This document shows, piece after piece, positions 62,371 through 64,000 of a stretch of DNA of 64,000 nucleotides. The stretch lies in assembly GCA_903839855.1 (NCBI GenBank), contig CAIMEB010000160.1:164-64163 (forward strand). The letters run 5' to 3'. The DNA comes from an uncultured Methylococcaceae bacterium. GTDB taxonomy: Bacteria > Pseudomonadota > Gammaproteobacteria > Methylococcales > Methylomonadaceae. The stretch's first letter is position 1; the number at the start of each line of letters is the position of its first letter. Made by a program: the position numbers and the translations under genes. The notes beneath the pieces are model-generated. The model had not been told where the DNA came from, ran no database searches, and worked only from the letters and a program-made list of their open reading frames with translations.

Positions 62371-62768
62371 TCATTCATCGTGAATTCTCGATATAAATCC
62401 TCGATTCCGCTTTGCTGCATCGAGGCTACCTGTTTTAAAATCAGGTTCGCCTAGTATCATACCATCAAGGTTTTCACCGGCCCAATCAGGCAACAGCAAA
62501 CCTTGTCTGACATAGCGATGAAACGAGGAATATGGCCAATCTACCACACGTGTCACCAATCCATGTTTGACCGGATTATAATGTATATAATTGATGTGCT
62601 GATTCAAATCATTAAGGTCACGTATCGTATGTTCCCAATAACGTCGCTGCCAAATTAACGCACTTCCATCTTTGCGTTTAACAACAGGCACACCGCTTTT
62701 ATCCAACTCGCGAGTAAACAAAGCTTTAATAGCCTTCCACCTTCCAGAATAATCACAGTCGTTACCGT
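62371..62768 (-). pseudogene. 3' half of a REP-associated tyrosine transposase (RAYT/TnpA-REP), interrupted by IS110
   Basis: DYSGRWKAIK..F, IWQRRYWEHTIRD, YIHYNPVKHGLV..DWPYSSFHRYV; the HUH-containing N-half is missing and homology stops near 62767-62772. Confidence 0.85.
62399..62429 (-). repeat. GTAG-family REP element, copy 2 (inverted; forms a REPIN-like doublet with copy 1)
   Basis: Reverse complement gtagcctcgatgcagcaaagcggaatcgagg is 29/31 identical to copy 1; 50-bp spacer. Confidence 0.85.
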
Positions 62769-64000
62769 GAAAGCCTCGAATACTCCAGACAAGCATAACC
62801 CTACTGCCCTAAGCAGTATAATAAAATCAATAAGTTACTGGTCAGGCTAAGGCAGGTTTTGTTACGGGGAACTTGCCGATTTTTTTAAGAGCCTTGATCC
62901 AGCGTGGCGCATTTTTTTGGGCGGACATGGCCTCGTAATCGACCCCGGGATCACAATAGGGCTCATGCCGCGATAGCATAAAATAAATGATACGAATCAA
63001 TTTATGAGCAATGGCAACAATGGCTTTTTTATGACTCTTGCGAGCCATAAGGCTTCGGTATTTCGCAGCCAAAGAACTTTTGGTGTTACGTGCTGCATTG
63101 GCACATTCACATAAAATATAACGGACAATCGCATTGCCCTTGCGTGTCTTGCCCGATTTTCGCTTGCCGGCCGACTCATTGTTGCCTGGACACAAGGCCG
63201 CCCAAGAAGCGAGTCGATCAGCATCGCCAAACTGTGACATGTCGTCACCAATCTCTATCAGGATCATGGCGCTAGCGATGGCATCAATACCGGGTATCGT
63301 TTGCAACAAATTAAACGCCCATTGGTAGGGTTGCATGGCTTCAATCAAATAAGCATCGATTTTGGCTCGCTTTTGTTCAAGCTGTATGACGTGTTCGTGT
63401 AGTTCGGCGAGAATGAACAGGTGGCGTGACGACAGATCACCGTCCAACGACGCGGCCAGATCATCGCGCTTGCTTTTAAGACTACCGCGAGCCATATCAA
63501 GCAGGTCATCAATCGTCTTGCCCGCAATCAGCCCCGCTACCATCTCTCGGGCTGATACGCCCTTGATGTCAGACACCACCGCACCCAGCTTGATACCGGC
63601 ATCGTCTAGTGTCTTATGTAGCCGATTGCTTTCGCTGGCCAACATGGCTGAGAGTTTGCGGCGATAACGCGAAACCAGTCGCAACTCGCGCAAATCTTTA
63701 GGCGGTATGAAACTGCCACGTACCAGCCCAAAGCGTGCCAGTACGGCCAGCCATTCCGAATCGCACATGTCGGTCTTGCGCCCCGGCACATGCTTAATGA
63801 AATGGGCATTGACGACCATGGCAAAAATGCCAGCCCGCTCAAGGTGGGAATAGGCGCTTTTCCAATAAATACCTGTGCTTTCCATGACCACCCGTTCCAC
63901 TTCAAGCTCAAGTAACCAAAGCACCATTGCCTTCATGTCGCGTTTAAAGCCACCAAATGATTGCTGGTGCTTGGTTAGGGCGCCATCTTCGTTTTCAACA
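62769..64000 (-). mobile_element. IS110-family insertion sequence (left end lies beyond the window)
   Basis: Transposase ORF plus a ~70-bp right end with no terminal inverted repeat; visibly more GC-rich than the host; right boundary is approximate. Confidence 0.85.
62842..64000 (-). CDS. IS110 recombinase/transposase (5' end truncated by the window; frame open from 64000)
   Basis: VVMESTGIYW (E), RKTDMCDSEW (DxxD) of the RuvC-like DEDD motif; TIPGID..IGDDMSQF; NESAGK catalytic-Ser region; AIVAIAHKL. Confidence 0.93.
   Translation of the reverse strand, partial: VENEDGALTKHQQSFGGFKRDMKAMVLWLLELEVERVVMESTGIYWKSAYSHLERAGIFAMVVNAHFIKHVPGRKTDMCDSEWLAVLARFGLVRGSFIPPKDLRELRLVSRYRRKLSAMLASESNRLHKTLDDAGIKLGAVVSDIKGVSAREMVAGLIAGKTIDDLLDMARGSLKSKRDDLAASLDGDLSSRHLFILAELHEHVIQLEQKRAKIDAYLIEAMQPYQWAFNLLQTIPGIDAIASAMILIEIGDDMSQFGDADRLASWAALCPGNNESAGKRKSGKTRKGNAIVRYILCECANAARNTKSSLAAKYRSLMARKSHKKAIVAIAHKLIRIIYFMLSRHEPYCDPGVDYEAMSAQKNAPRWIKALKKIGKFPVTKPALA

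Overview
Chromosomal DNA from an AT-rich gammaproteobacterium (about 40% GC by eye, not computed). The proteins look Methylococcales-like; this is inference, since no methane-oxidation genes are in the window. 0.1-17 kb is an accessory light/oxidative-stress cluster: a 1206-aa DoxX-NDH2-like-cNMP-BLUF-cyclase fusion, a triheme cytochrome c peroxidase, a DUF523/DUF1722 (RudS/YbgA) protein, MsrPQ, a desaturase, a short LOV protein, an SRPBCC protein, DUF1499 and a photolyase. A dctA cassette appears to have been inserted into the 5' end of an L,D-transpeptidase gene at its left end. 18-61 kb is mostly core genes: dksA-gluQ, a type I secretion trio, purD-purH-fis-dusB, prmA-accC-accB-aroQ, a phosphorylase-kinase-like GH15 gene with glk, glnD-map, rpsB through rseP, dsbC, sua5, sucA-sucB-'lpd', adk and asd. 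A canonical dif site at 52680-52707, with the KOPS motifs I spotted converging on it, suggests the replication terminus. The right end is a scar of mobile DNA: an hsdR stub, a GTAG-REP pair, and a RAYT transposase broken by an IS110. Best candidates for new biology: (1) the membrane-anchored fusion, which has an intact-looking BLUF photosensor but a cyclase domain missing all four catalytic residues; (2) a full-length E3/Lpd in the sucAB operon that has lost both redox cysteines and the catalytic His.
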